Source of the DNA: Dehalococcoidales bacterium
Lineage (GTDB): Bacteria > Chloroflexota > Dehalococcoidia > Dehalococcoidales > UBA2162
Assembly: GCA_037440885.1 (NCBI GenBank)
Contig: JBBITI010000016.1
Coordinates: forward strand, 1,543 to 59,734
Direction: 5' to 3'
DNA: 58,192 bases
The notes below the pieces were generated by a model. It ran no database searches. It was not told the DNA's origin and worked only from the letters and a program-made list of their open reading frames with translations. Below, piece after piece: positions 1 through 9,308 of this stretch (the stretch's first letter is position 1; each line of letters opens with the position of its first letter). Both the position numbers and the translations under genes were made by a program.

Positions 1-212
1 TAAGTAACGAGACGAATCATGACATATTAGAGATACAACCACTCTGCTTCTAAAGCAGTGTTTATTTTAAAGTAGTCCAGGAAAGACTAGGCCATAGTAT
101 GATTAGTATAACCTTGGATACATACAGTCACATTCTGCCCGATATCCAAGAAGCGGCTGTAGCGAAGTTAGACAGCATTTTATTCCTCGAGCCAGCCAAA
201 CAGAATTTATAG
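1..212 (+). pseudogene. Tyrosine recombinase (phage-type integrase) C-terminal remnant, degraded; runs off the left edge
   Basis: The frame with codon starts at 3,6,... reads ..NHDILEIQPLCF*SSVYFKVVQERLGHSMISITLDTYSHILPDIQEAAVAKLDSILFLEPAKQNL*. LGH-(x)-SI-x-TLDTYSH is the box II / catalytic-Tyr signature of tyrosine recombinases. There is an in-frame TAA at 51-53, and the HxLRH box has decayed to HDILE. Confidence 0.7.
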
Positions 213-235
213 CAAAATTTGTAGCAGTGATAATA

Positions 236-272
236 AAAAGCCTTGGTTACCGACAAGATACAAGGGCTTTTT
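236..272. terminator. Bidirectional stem-loop between the integrase stub and the tRNA 3' end
   Basis: AAAGCCTTG...CAAGGGCTTT stem with one bulge. A T-run follows on both strands: TTTTTATTAT on the minus strand after the tRNA, and CTTTTTAG on the plus strand. Confidence 0.55.
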
Positions 273-283
273 AGCTTCAAAAT

Positions 284-371
284 TGGCGGAGGGGGTGGGA
301 TTCGAACCCACGGTAGCTTGCGCTACGACGGTTTTCAAGACCGTTACCTTAAACCACTAGGTAACCCCTCC
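284..371 (-). tRNA. tRNA-Ser (anticodon UGA), CCA encoded
   Basis: The reverse complement folds as a cloverleaf. Acceptor GGAGGGG/CCCCTCC, D stem ACCT/AGGT, anticodon stem ACGGT/ACCGT with loop CTTGAAA (anticodon TGA). Long variable arm GTAGC-gcaa-GCTAC, T arm GTGGG-TTCGAAT-CCCAC, discriminator G, then CCA. Confidence 0.92.
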
Positions 372-486
372 GGACTGGCAGAAACACGCGCTTTTGTATT
401 CTCAGGTGACTGAAAACAACGGCATTTTTATTATGGACTAACCACCTGGCACCGTCAAACGGGAACTGTACGGTGCCGGGTACACA

Positions 487-771
487 TTATACTTCGGTGT
501 AGAAGTTGATCTCCGGGCGTCCTTTAGCAATCTGTCCGATTGCCTTGAAGAACTCGGCGATGTGAGGCGCTTTAGAATGATAATCGATCGCTGCCTGGTT
601 TTCGTATTTTTCGATAAAAAGATATTTGTTGGGATCTCTGTTGTCCCGGTGCAGCACGTACATCAACGCTCCCGGGTCTTTCAGTACTTTTGGAGCTACC
701 TTTTTATACTCTTTTTCGAATTCCGGCCCTTTACCCTCGATAACCTCGACTTTTGCTACTACTACGATCAT
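487..771 (-). CDS. Antibiotic-biosynthesis-monooxygenase (ABM) domain protein, YgiN-like
   Basis: 94-aa ORF with ferredoxin-like ABM features (..FIEKYENQAAIDYHSKAPH..). SD AGAGGTGG upstream of the ATG. Confidence 0.7.
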   Translation of the reverse strand: MIVVVAKVEVIEGKGPEFEKEYKKVAPKVLKDPGALMYVLHRDNRDPNKYLFIEKYENQAAIDYHSKAPHIAEFFKAIGQIAKGRPEINFYTEV

Positions 772-825
772 AAGTCCACCTCTTGATTTATTTAATTTAC
801 ATAATAATTTGTTGATAGGCTGTTT

Positions 826-1806
826 CTACTGAGCCTCGGGATTAACACAATAAGGCATCGCCCCACCGGTCAACCCGGCTACCAGGTTTTCGGCAGCCAT
901 TACAGCCATCCGGGTGCGGGTCGGGATGCTGGCGGAGGCTATATGCGGGGCGATTATTACATTTTCCAGGGTAAGCAGCGGGTCATCCGGTGGAATCGGT
1001 TCAACCTCGGTAACGTCGAGACCGGCGGCGAAGATGGTATGGTCTCGTAACGCGGCATAAAGGGCTGTCTGGTCGACTACGGGGCCGCGCGAAGTATTTA
1101 TAAAGACAGCCGTCGGTTTCATCATTGCAAACTCGGCAGCGCCGATGAGTCGGCGGGTCTGTGGGGTCAACGGGACGTGAACCGAGATGAAATCTGCCTT
1201 TGCCAGCAGGATGGGAAGTTTATCAACGAACTCAATACCGAGACGGGATTCTTCCTGCGGTGGGCAGCGGATGGTATCATGATAGAGGATTTTCATGTCA
1301 AAACCGCGCGCTCGCTTCGCGATTTCTTTCCCGATACGTCCCAGCCCCACGATCCCCAGCGTGGCATGATGGATATCCTGGCCGAGCAGGACAAATGGTC
1401 CCCATGTCTTCCACTTGCCCTGCCGGGTATAGCGGTCGGCTTCGACGACCCGCCGGGCGGCCGCCATGAGCAAGGAGAAAGCGAAATCGGCGCTGGTTTC
1501 GGTAAGAACGCCGGGAGTAATGCCTACCAGGATGTGCCGTTTGGTAGCTTCAGCCACGTCGATGTTATCGTAACCCACGGCAATATTGCTGATCACCCGA
1601 AGTCGTGTCGCCCCGTTGATAATGGCGGCATCGATTTTATCGGTGAGTAAAGACAGCAAGCCGTCGACATCTTTGGCCTTTTCCCGGATCACGGTGGAGG
1701 GGGGTGGTAATTCATCCGGCCAAACTGCCAATTCCGCCACCCGGGCTATTTTGTCCAGAGCTTCTTGAGCTATCCGCCGGCAGACAAATACTTTCGGTTT
1801 TGCCAT
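826..1806 (-). CDS. D-isomer-specific 2-hydroxyacid dehydrogenase (glyoxylate/hydroxypyruvate reductase-like)
   Basis: 326 aa. NAD-binding [16 protein letters not shown], catalytic region ..[11 protein letters not shown].. and ..APHIASAS.. SD GAGGTAG. Confidence 0.85.
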   Translation of the reverse strand: MAKPKVFVCRRIAQEALDKIARVAELAVWPDELPPPSTVIREKAKDVDGLLSLLTDKIDAAIINGATRLRVISNIAVGYDNIDVAEATKRHILVGITPGVLTETSADFAFSLLMAAARRVVEADRYTRQGKWKTWGPFVLLGQDIHHATLGIVGLGRIGKEIAKRARGFDMKILYHDTIRCPPQEESRLGIEFVDKLPILLAKADFISVHVPLTPQTRRLIGAAEFAMMKPTAVFINTSRGPVVDQTALYAALRDHTIFAAGLDVTEVEPIPPDDPLLTLENVIIAPHIASASIPTRTRMAVMAAENLVAGLTGGAMPYCVNPEAQ

Positions 1807-1824
1807 CTCACTACCTCAAAAATA

Positions 1825-2637
1825 TTATTTTAACCCCAACCCTTTTATTCCTTCACCCTGCTGGCGGCACCACTGGGAAAGAACCATAGTGTCCCACCCG
1901 ATGCAGAAGTGCCGTACGCCCATCTCGATATATGTTTTCACCTGTTCGAAACTGCCTACCTCCACCCGAGGTGCCACCCCTTTTTTCAAGGCCGTTTCAA
2001 TCATATGACGGTGGGCTGCCTGGACTTCCGGGCTGTTGCCCTGCCCCGGTTTTCCGATGCTGATGGAATAATCCGCCGGGCCAAACTGTACCATATCGAC
2101 ACCTTTGACAGAAAGGATTTCTTCCAGGTTTTCGATCGCACCCTTTTTCTCGATCATAATCGCGATTACCACATCGTCCATCGACCGCACCCATTGTTCC
2201 AGCGGGTTACCGGTGCCGTATGCTGCTCCTCCCGCCCCGTAGACCATGGTTCGCCGCATGTTGTAACCGTGATTGCCGCCCGCTGCCGGAGTTTCTGACC
2301 TTACCACGGCGACACAGTCGCGAACGTCTTGGGCCGAACGGCAGTCAGTGAACAGCACGTTTTGAATGCCGGCGTCGATCGCCCGCTGGGCAATAAAACC
2401 GCGCGTCTGCTCCTCCACTTTCATCATCGCCGACATGTCGGGATAGAGATCGACCGCCCGGGCAATGTTCTCCAGTTGTTCCGGGGTAAACGTGGAATAT
2501 TCCCCGACGTATTCGATGTAATCAAAAGCCCCGCTCTGCCCGATGATCTCTGCCATGCCCGGCCAGGGTATCAACATATGGGTTCCGAATGATGGTTTTC
2601 CCTGACGTAACAATTCGCGTAGTCGGTTCGGTCTCAC
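1825..2637 (-). CDS. HpcH/HpaI aldolase / citrate-lyase-beta family protein
   Basis: 270 aa with a GTG start behind SD GGAGGA. Family-like blocks ..IMIEKKGAIENLEEILSVKGVDMVQFGPADYSISIG.. Confidence 0.7.
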   Translation of the reverse strand: MRPNRLRELLRQGKPSFGTHMLIPWPGMAEIIGQSGAFDYIEYVGEYSTFTPEQLENIARAVDLYPDMSAMMKVEEQTRGFIAQRAIDAGIQNVLFTDCRSAQDVRDCVAVVRSETPAAGGNHGYNMRRTMVYGAGGAAYGTGNPLEQWVRSMDDVVIAIMIEKKGAIENLEEILSVKGVDMVQFGPADYSISIGKPGQGNSPEVQAAHRHMIETALKKGVAPRVEVGSFEQVKTYIEMGVRHFCIGWDTMVLSQWCRQQGEGIKGLGLK

Positions 2638-2654
2638 ATTAATCCTCCACTTGA

Positions 2655-3713
2655 TTACAGGTCATATTTCAGGTCCAGTTCCCTGGCCAGGTTCTTTAAC
2701 GAAGCCACGATATCCGGGTGCAGCGGGATGCCGTTTTTCCTTTTGTTTTCAATCTCCTGTTCGATCTCGCCGCACATGTAGATGCGGTCGATACCGGCGG
2801 CTTTGGGCAGGTTGTGATGCGCCCGTATCATCTTGTCCATGTTAATTTTGAATTGTTCCGCAGGTATGAAACCGTCGATTGAAATAGCACCGAAGAAGTG
2901 ACTGGCTTGTCCGCTATAAGGCTGACTGCTAAGTTCCGGAACTGTCGGCCAGCCGGAAAGAGTGCTGCATAAAATATCGACGAGTACCGTTAGCCCGAAG
3001 CCTTTGAAAGAACCGGTCTCCGGCAAGCTGCCCAGCGGCAATATCCCGCCTGTGACTTTGGAGACTTCGGTTACCGGTTTATTATCGATGTCTACCGCCC
3101 AGCCGACCGGAATAGGTCGTTTATTCCGGGCAGCCACTTCCAGTTTACCATTAGCCACTACACCCGTAGCCATATCGAGTACAAAAGGCGCCTCTTCTAG
3201 AGCCGGGACAGCGACGCTGATAACGTTTAAGCCCAGTCCCCGCCCCCGGCTCCCCGGGGCAACGATGCCCTTGCCTCCCTGGGTCAGTGAAATGCCGATC
3301 ATGTCCTTTGGTAAGGCCATCATGGCATAATAAGCTCCGGCACCGTAGTGGGTGCTGTTGCGTACGGCAACAAATCCGGTACCCACTGCCGTTGCCCGGC
3401 GCATTGCTTCTTCCATGGCGCGGTAACTGACCACGAAGCCGAGTCCTCTATCGCCATCCATGACTGCTGTACCGGGAGTACGGCTGATGATCTGGATTTC
3501 AGGTTTCACATTCACGAAACCGTCTCGAATCCGCTTGATGTAAAACGGGCCCAGGTGAGCCGTACCGTGGGAGTCCACGCCCCGCAGGTCGGCAGCGACC
3601 AGTGCTTCGGCGGTAATCCGGGCATCTTCAGGTGGGATGCCAACCTTTTCGAAAGCATTCGCGGCAAACAGGGTCAGTTTTCCGGGGTCGATTAGTCCGT
3701 TTCCCAGAGTCAT
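2655..3713 (-). CDS. Ldh2-family (malate/L-lactate/sulfolactate dehydrogenase type 2) oxidoreductase
   Basis: ..DLRGVDSHGTAHLGPFYIKRIRDGFVN.. is typical of Ldh_2. I chose the internal ATG (MTLGNG..) at 3713 because AAGGAGGGG lies 6 nt upstream. The ORF-track start at 3773 has no SD. Confidence 0.8.
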   Translation of the reverse strand: MTLGNGLIDPGKLTLFAANAFEKVGIPPEDARITAEALVAADLRGVDSHGTAHLGPFYIKRIRDGFVNVKPEIQIISRTPGTAVMDGDRGLGFVVSYRAMEEAMRRATAVGTGFVAVRNSTHYGAGAYYAMMALPKDMIGISLTQGGKGIVAPGSRGRGLGLNVISVAVPALEEAPFVLDMATGVVANGKLEVAARNKRPIPVGWAVDIDNKPVTEVSKVTGGILPLGSLPETGSFKGFGLTVLVDILCSTLSGWPTVPELSSQPYSGQASHFFGAISIDGFIPAEQFKINMDKMIRAHHNLPKAAGIDRIYMCGEIEQEIENKRKNGIPLHPDIVASLKNLARELDLKYDL

Positions 3714-3869
3714 AGTCCCCTCCTTGTTCGGATGATTGAGAATCAGCCTTGACAGTCGACCATTATAAAGCAATCTTCAGGATTATGAAAATGGATGGAT
3801 AGGGTAGTGAAATGAGCTTTACATTGTAGCGCATAAATGATTGCTGTTATAATTGTGCTATCTTGAATA

Positions 3870-4568
3870 ATGCTGGGTATTAAAGACATGGTTCAGGATA
3901 CGCGCCCACCGGCAATAATCGGCCCGTTCAATATTTATGGCGTTCTCGCGATTGCGGGCATTATCGGACCAGTTGTTTTTATTGTCACCAATCTGATTAC
4001 CATTCTGTTCGCCGAGGAATATCATCCCCTTAGCAGTACTATCAGCAGCCTTGCCTGGAGTCGATTGGGGTGGTTACAATCAATCGGTTTCCTGTCGGTT
4101 GGTTTATTAGTGGAAATCTTTGCTGCCGGGCTTCTATTCAGTGTCCAAACCAAGCGGGGTTTCGGCATCGGCATTGGTTTGCTGGCATGCCTGGGATTCG
4201 GTTTGATTCTCATCGGGGCTTTCGCTGAAGATCCCGCCGGTGCGTCCCATTCGATCAATGGTATGATTCACGTAATTGCCGCGGTTACCGTGTTTTCTGT
4301 TTTCCCGATCGCCAGCTTTTTGATTGCTCTCAGCCTGAGAAAGGACCCTTTCTGGAAAGGCTTGTTTCCGTATACCATCATAGCTACCTGTCTTGCCGTA
4401 GGTTTTGTTATAGCACATTTCCGTCTATTGCCCAACAAGCACTGGCTGGGATTATACGAACAGGTTCTGGTAGCGAATATGGTGATCTGGGTGGAAGTGA
4501 TGGCGATCCAGTTGCTGCGGCTTTCGTTTCGCCCCGGCGCCCGGTTTCGAAGACCCAAGATATTCTAA
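3870..4568 (+). CDS. Polytopic membrane protein, DUF998-like
   Basis: 232 aa with about 6 hydrophobic helices. Resemblance to DUF998 is from memory only. No clear SD. Confidence 0.45.
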   Translation: MLGIKDMVQDTRPPAIIGPFNIYGVLAIAGIIGPVVFIVTNLITILFAEEYHPLSSTISSLAWSRLGWLQSIGFLSVGLLVEIFAAGLLFSVQTKRGFGIGIGLLACLGFGLILIGAFAEDPAGASHSINGMIHVIAAVTVFSVFPIASFLIALSLRKDPFWKGLFPYTIIATCLAVGFVIAHFRLLPNKHWLGLYEQVLVANMVIWVEVMAIQLLRLSFRPGARFRRPKIF

Positions 4569-4619
4569 TGGAGTGGTGTCATTTGACGGGCTCTGCCTGC
4601 AGATGCTAAATTACTATCT

Positions 4620-6068
4620 GTGAACTATCCTGCCTCGTCCATATCACAGAATAATTTCTGGAAATCGCTTTTTTCACCCGGATCGATTGCCGTGATCGGG
4701 GCGAACGAAACCCTGGGCTCATGGGGTTCCGACGCTATCGTTGCTGCCTTGACAGCATCGAAAGCGGATCCTGCAAGGCGAGCTTATGCGGTGAATCCGA
4801 ATGCTCGCCAGGTAATGGGTGTTACTTCGTATCCCAGTATCCTGGATATACCGGATGCGGTAGAACTGGCCATTATTGTGGTTCGCTCCAATCTCGTCCC
4901 CGACGTGATGCGCCAGTGTGTCCAGAAAGGCGTGAAAGCGGCAGCGGTTATTTCAGCGGGATTTGCTGAAACCGATGCAGCCGGAGAGATGCTTCAGGAT
5001 GAAGTCTTGCAAATTGCCCGGCAGGGTGGCATCCGTTTCGTTGGTCCGAATTGCATCGGTCATGCTGATTTATCCACCCGTGTGAGCGCCCTTGGTGTTA
5101 CACGCATGGGGCGATCGGGTCCGATGGCGTTACTCAGCCAAAGCGGGACCATCAGTGCCGGGATCATGGGTGCAGCAGGGATGCGCGGTATTGGTATCAG
5201 CAAGTTTGTTAGTACCGGGAATGAAGCTGACCTTCACATGGAAGATTACCTGGAGTACCTGGCGAACGATGAGAAGACACGGATTATTGCCGCATATATC
5301 GAAGGTATACGAGAAGGACGGCGCTTTTTCCGGTTAGCCCGCGAAATCAGTCGTAAAAAACCGATCGTGGTAATAAAAGTCGGCAGTACTTCCGCAGCCA
5401 CCAGGGCCGCGAAATCCCATACTGGCGCCCTGGCTGGATCGGACCATATATTTTCCGCCTTCTTCAAACAGACCGGGGTTATCAGTGTCCAGGACGAAGA
5501 AGAACTGTGTGATGTTGCTCTGGCATTGCTTACCCAGCCGTTGCCCCGCAGTAACCGGGTGGGAATTCTAACCATCGGTGGAGGGTTTGGTGTGATGGCC
5601 ACTGAAGCCTGTGAACGGGAAGGCTTGACGATGGCTGATCTCAGCCTCCAGACCATGAGCAGGCTGGATGCGGTGTTGCCGCCGCGCTGGTCCCACGGCA
5701 ACCCGGTGGATATGGTCGGAATCAAGACGATCGATGAATTCGGCATGATCCTGGCTTGTCTCCGGGCTTTAACCGAGGATGAGAACATAGACAGCGTCAT
5801 TGCGCTGGTAGCTAACCGTGCTTATCAGGGGGAAGAGTTCCGGGCTGTTCAGACGAAAAACGAGCTTGCGCTGAAAGAACTGGGACAATATGCACGGGGA
5901 ATCGGTAAACCGTTGTTGCTGGTGCGGCGATCAATGTTTAATCCGATGGCTGAGGGGGTTGCTCAGCCAAAGCTGGAAGAACGCGTCCCTGAATTAGAAA
6001 AACCGCGTCAGGCAGCGCGCGTCCTCGGGCACTTGATGCGGTACGGCCACTTCCTTCGTCGCGACTGA
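4620..6068 (+). CDS. ADP-forming acyl-CoA synthetase family, alpha-type protein (CoA-binding plus CoA-ligase domains)
   Basis: 482 aa with a GTG start. ..LFSPGSIAVIGANETLGSWG.. (CoA-binding Rossmann), ..RFVGPNCIG.. and ..KSHTGALAG.. (phospho-His loop). Confidence 0.75.
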   Translation: MNYPASSISQNNFWKSLFSPGSIAVIGANETLGSWGSDAIVAALTASKADPARRAYAVNPNARQVMGVTSYPSILDIPDAVELAIIVVRSNLVPDVMRQCVQKGVKAAAVISAGFAETDAAGEMLQDEVLQIARQGGIRFVGPNCIGHADLSTRVSALGVTRMGRSGPMALLSQSGTISAGIMGAAGMRGIGISKFVSTGNEADLHMEDYLEYLANDEKTRIIAAYIEGIREGRRFFRLAREISRKKPIVVIKVGSTSAATRAAKSHTGALAGSDHIFSAFFKQTGVISVQDEEELCDVALALLTQPLPRSNRVGILTIGGGFGVMATEACEREGLTMADLSLQTMSRLDAVLPPRWSHGNPVDMVGIKTIDEFGMILACLRALTEDENIDSVIALVANRAYQGEEFRAVQTKNELALKELGQYARGIGKPLLLVRRSMFNPMAEGVAQPKLEERVPELEKPRQAARVLGHLMRYGHFLRRD

Positions 6069-6270
6069 CTTACTTTCCTGCAACAGTGCTTTCGTAATCG
6101 TTTTCTCCATAGAGATCGATGGCTGTTTCTTTATCGTGTGGAAACAAGAGGCATACGCGAATAAATTGAGAAGGACAACTGTTCAGGATGGGTAACCTTG
6201 ACCGGGTAGCGACTGGTTTTTAGTGTGAAGGTGGATTCCGGGCAGGGGCGGCTTGTTTGAAAAATTGAAG

Positions 6271-6294
6271 GGGAGTAACTAGTGTGTTACTCCC
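6271..6294. terminator. Stem-loop terminator, usable from both strands
   Basis: GGGAGTAAC-tagtgt-GTTACTCCC, a perfect 9-bp stem. T-rich runs follow on both strands. It lies directly 3' of the minus-strand gene 6303..6533. Confidence 0.6.
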
Positions 6295-6302
6295 TTTCCT
6301 CT

Positions 6303-6533
6303 TTAGCTTAGACTGTACAAACGGCAGGGGATGGTCGAACCGCAAACGTGATAAATGTTTCCTTTGATCTGGGTATAACGTCGAGTCGGGATGATTTCAC
6401 TGCCGCTGAAATTGATCGTTTCTATTGCCTTGCATTTAGGGCAGAAAGCAACCACTTCACGGATAGTATCGTTGACTGTCCATAGTGCTTTGGATTCGGT
6501 CTTTTTCACTGTATCTTTGACTTTATTAGTCAT
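6303..6533 (-). CDS. Small Cys-containing hypothetical protein (possible zinc ribbon)
   Basis: 76 aa. CPKC ... C-x6-C arrangement. SD AGGAG 8 nt upstream and a terminator directly downstream. Confidence 0.45.
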   Translation of the reverse strand: MTNKVKDTVKKTESKALWTVNDTIREVVAFCPKCKAIETINFSGSEIIPTRRYTQIKGNIYHVCGSTIPCRLYSLS

Positions 6534-6714
6534 CGTCGTTCACACTCCTGCTAAAAAGGATAGCTGGTAGAGGTTAAAGGATTATTACGAATTTTGACCG
6601 ATGGTTAAGGACAGGTGACATCTTTGTTCCAGCTAAGTTGATTTCCTTAACTTCCGTGATATATTTGAAAGAAGAAACCGACTGTATCAGACTGGCGTCA
6701 GTAACGGACTTGAT

Positions 6715-7140
6715 ATGAAAATTTTACTTAGTCGAACAATTGTATTTTTACCGCTGGTTGTTCTCTCGATAATTTTGATGAACGCTTGCCGGGTTGGTGA
6801 CAGCACTCGTTTCTCCTGGCAAGAACTCACACCCGGGCAGACTGTTTATGGCATCGTCAATTTAACCGTAAAACTTGATCAAAGGTCAGTTGACAGTCTG
6901 TCTATATATCTTGATGACATCGATGAATCCCATTTGCTGGGCGCCGCAACTTCTAAAAACGGGCGATATTATCTTGAATGGTATACAACTGGAGCCGCAA
7001 ACGGCGATCATGTGTTACACGCAGTCGTCAGCCGCAAGGACAATTCTCAAATCTGTATTTTGTTCACCACCGTTGGGACAGTATCCTCAACCGGGCGACC
7101 GAAGCTGATATCTATGTCTGCTACCGCAAATAGGCTGTAG
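6715..7140 (+). CDS. Putative lipoprotein with a bacterial Ig-like domain
   Basis: 141 aa. Signal peptide ending in lipobox-like LMNAC. Ig-like block ..VYGIVNLTVKLDQRSVDSLSIYLDD...GDHVLHAVV.. Confidence 0.45.
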   Translation: MKILLSRTIVFLPLVVLSIILMNACRVGDSTRFSWQELTPGQTVYGIVNLTVKLDQRSVDSLSIYLDDIDESHLLGAATSKNGRYYLEWYTTGAANGDHVLHAVVSRKDNSQICILFTTVGTVSSTGRPKLISMSATANRL

Positions 7141-9243
7141 TTATTTACGCAACTGGTAAGGCACCAGAATCACCGCGACATCCGGCTGTTTCTTAAAGGC
7201 TTTAGTCAACTGCTCGGCCGTACGGTTATGCAGGAAACGTTCCCAGAAATGGGCGGTAATGAATTCCGGTAAAACGATCGAGATGAAACTGCCGGGGTGT
7301 TGTGTGTGGAGAGCATCGATGTAATTGACCAGCGGTCGCATTATAGATCTTAACGGAGATTCCACGACAACCAGTGTCAAATCCGGGGCATATGCTTCCA
7401 TCTTCTTTCTGATTTTTTCTACCCGCTCGGGATCGGTTGCAATGTGGAGAACAATAATATCCTGGCATATCGTCCGGGCAAAAGACATCGCTCGTAGAGA
7501 AGCGTAGTTCACGTCATCTATCGGTACGACAGCAAATTGGTTAATTCGGTTTGGAGGTAGTTGGGTAGGTACGATGTGTAACTGCTCGCCAACGCGGTTG
7601 TAATGCCGGTGTATGACCAGAAATAAAAGTATGATTGACGGGATGAATAAAACTACGATCCAGGCACCCAGTGTAAACTTGGTCACCACAATCACGACCA
7701 AAACCAATGCAGTCAGAACGGCTCCAGCCGCATTGATCAGGAAACTCTTTTTCCAACCCTGTCCCCGTGCCCGCCACCAGTGGATGATCATACTGGTGTT
7801 GGATAGACTGAAAGCCAGAAAAACGCCGATTGCATAGAGGTGGATGAGGTGGTCGACGTTACCCTGGAAGATGATAATCAGGAATGCGGAAAACCCGCCC
7901 AGGAACACAATTCCTGTTGAAAATGCCAGGCGGTCGCCACGATGCAGGAAACTGTGCGGTAAATAGTTGTCGCGAGCCAGGATTGAGGCAAGGCGGGGAA
8001 ATGCGGAAAAAGCGGTATTGGCGGCGACTACCAGTATCCCCATCGTCGCCAGTTGAAAGATATAATAAAAGGCATTCTGGCCGAAGACGGCTAAAGCCAC
8101 CTGGGAAACGATCGACTGGTTTCCCGGTACTACACCAAGACGTGTCGCAAGGAACGATACCCCAATGAAAAATATTGCCAGCATTACAGCCATGAAAGAT
8201 AAAGTTGTTGCGGCATTCCTCGATTCGGGCGACTTGAATACCGGTACTCCGTTCGATATTGCTTCTGTCCCGCTCATGGCGACTGAACCGGCTGAGAAAG
8301 CCCGCAATATCAGCCATAGTGTTAGAGGCTGAGCGATAGGTAATTCCGGTGGTACTGTTGCCGGCTCGAGTGTATTAGTCAGTGCCTTGATGATGCCTAC
8401 GCCGAGCATCGCAGCGAAGCCGAAAATAAAAAGATAAGTTGGTATAGAGAAGATAGAACCCGCTTCTCTGATTCCGCGTAGATTACCAAGCACGATAAGA
8501 CCGATGAAAAACAGGCTTAATAAAACGTTGGGAGATAAGAAAAAGGGCAGAGAATGACCGAGTGCCGTGAGTTGCGGTTGGTAGCCAGAAGCTATCAATG
8601 CCGACGATATGGCGAACGAACCAGCAGCGATGGAGACGGCAACAAGCATGACATAATCGATTAAAAGCGCTGCTGCTCCCAGCAAACCTGCCTTTTCACC
8701 AAGGTTTTGCCGGCTTACATTGTAAGCCCCTCCGCCCTGCGGGTAGGCATGAATGATCTGGCGGTAAGAGAAAGAAACAACAAGCATGAGAACAGCTACA
8801 CCTAAAGCTACATAAACAGAGACATTAAGTGCCGCGTTCCCCGATATCACCAGGACCACCATGGCTGCTTCAGTAGCGTAAGCACATGACGAAATAGCAT
8901 CCGAGCCAAAAATAGCCAGAGCTTTTTTCTTTGTTAGTCGTTCGTTGATTTCCTCGGCAGAGAAGAGCGGGCGTCCGATTAGTGCGGCTTTAATAGATTG
9001 AAGTCCCCTGCCGAGCAAGCTTTCCGGAGTGTAAGATCGAGGTGTAGCGACAAGCCGACCCCGCGTACCGCGGAACAGTTTCCGGTAAGGCTGCAGCGTA
9101 CGAACATAGAAATCACCCGGTCGAGACCCTTTTTTCCGTTGACTGAACATAAGGTCCGGGTTTATCTTATGATCCGGCTCTTTTCCCGGAGTTTGGGAAG
9201 GCTCCCCGTTAAGGGGAGCCTCGTTCTTATCCCGATTCGTCAT
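7141..9243 (-). CDS. APC-superfamily amino-acid/polyamine permease with a C-terminal cytoplasmic domain
   Basis: 700 aa. ..FGSDAISSCAYATEA.. followed by about 12 TM helices and a soluble tail of about 130 aa. Weak SD, so the start is uncertain. Confidence 0.75.
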   Translation of the reverse strand: MTNRDKNEAPLNGEPSQTPGKEPDHKINPDLMFSQRKKGSRPGDFYVRTLQPYRKLFRGTRGRLVATPRSYTPESLLGRGLQSIKAALIGRPLFSAEEINERLTKKKALAIFGSDAISSCAYATEAAMVVLVISGNAALNVSVYVALGVAVLMLVVSFSYRQIIHAYPQGGGAYNVSRQNLGEKAGLLGAAALLIDYVMLVAVSIAAGSFAISSALIASGYQPQLTALGHSLPFFLSPNVLLSLFFIGLIVLGNLRGIREAGSIFSIPTYLFIFGFAAMLGVGIIKALTNTLEPATVPPELPIAQPLTLWLILRAFSAGSVAMSGTEAISNGVPVFKSPESRNAATTLSFMAVMLAIFFIGVSFLATRLGVVPGNQSIVSQVALAVFGQNAFYYIFQLATMGILVVAANTAFSAFPRLASILARDNYLPHSFLHRGDRLAFSTGIVFLGGFSAFLIIIFQGNVDHLIHLYAIGVFLAFSLSNTSMIIHWWRARGQGWKKSFLINAAGAVLTALVLVVIVVTKFTLGAWIVVLFIPSIILLFLVIHRHYNRVGEQLHIVPTQLPPNRINQFAVVPIDDVNYASLRAMSFARTICQDIIVLHIATDPERVEKIRKKMEAYAPDLTLVVVESPLRSIMRPLVNYIDALHTQHPGSFISIVLPEFITAHFWERFLHNRTAEQLTKAFKKQPDVAVILVPYQLRK

Positions 9244-9308
9244 ATTCTGCTGTTAATCTTAACACTAAACGACCGTATACGGTACCATCTGTCAATAGCG
9301 AAGGAAAA

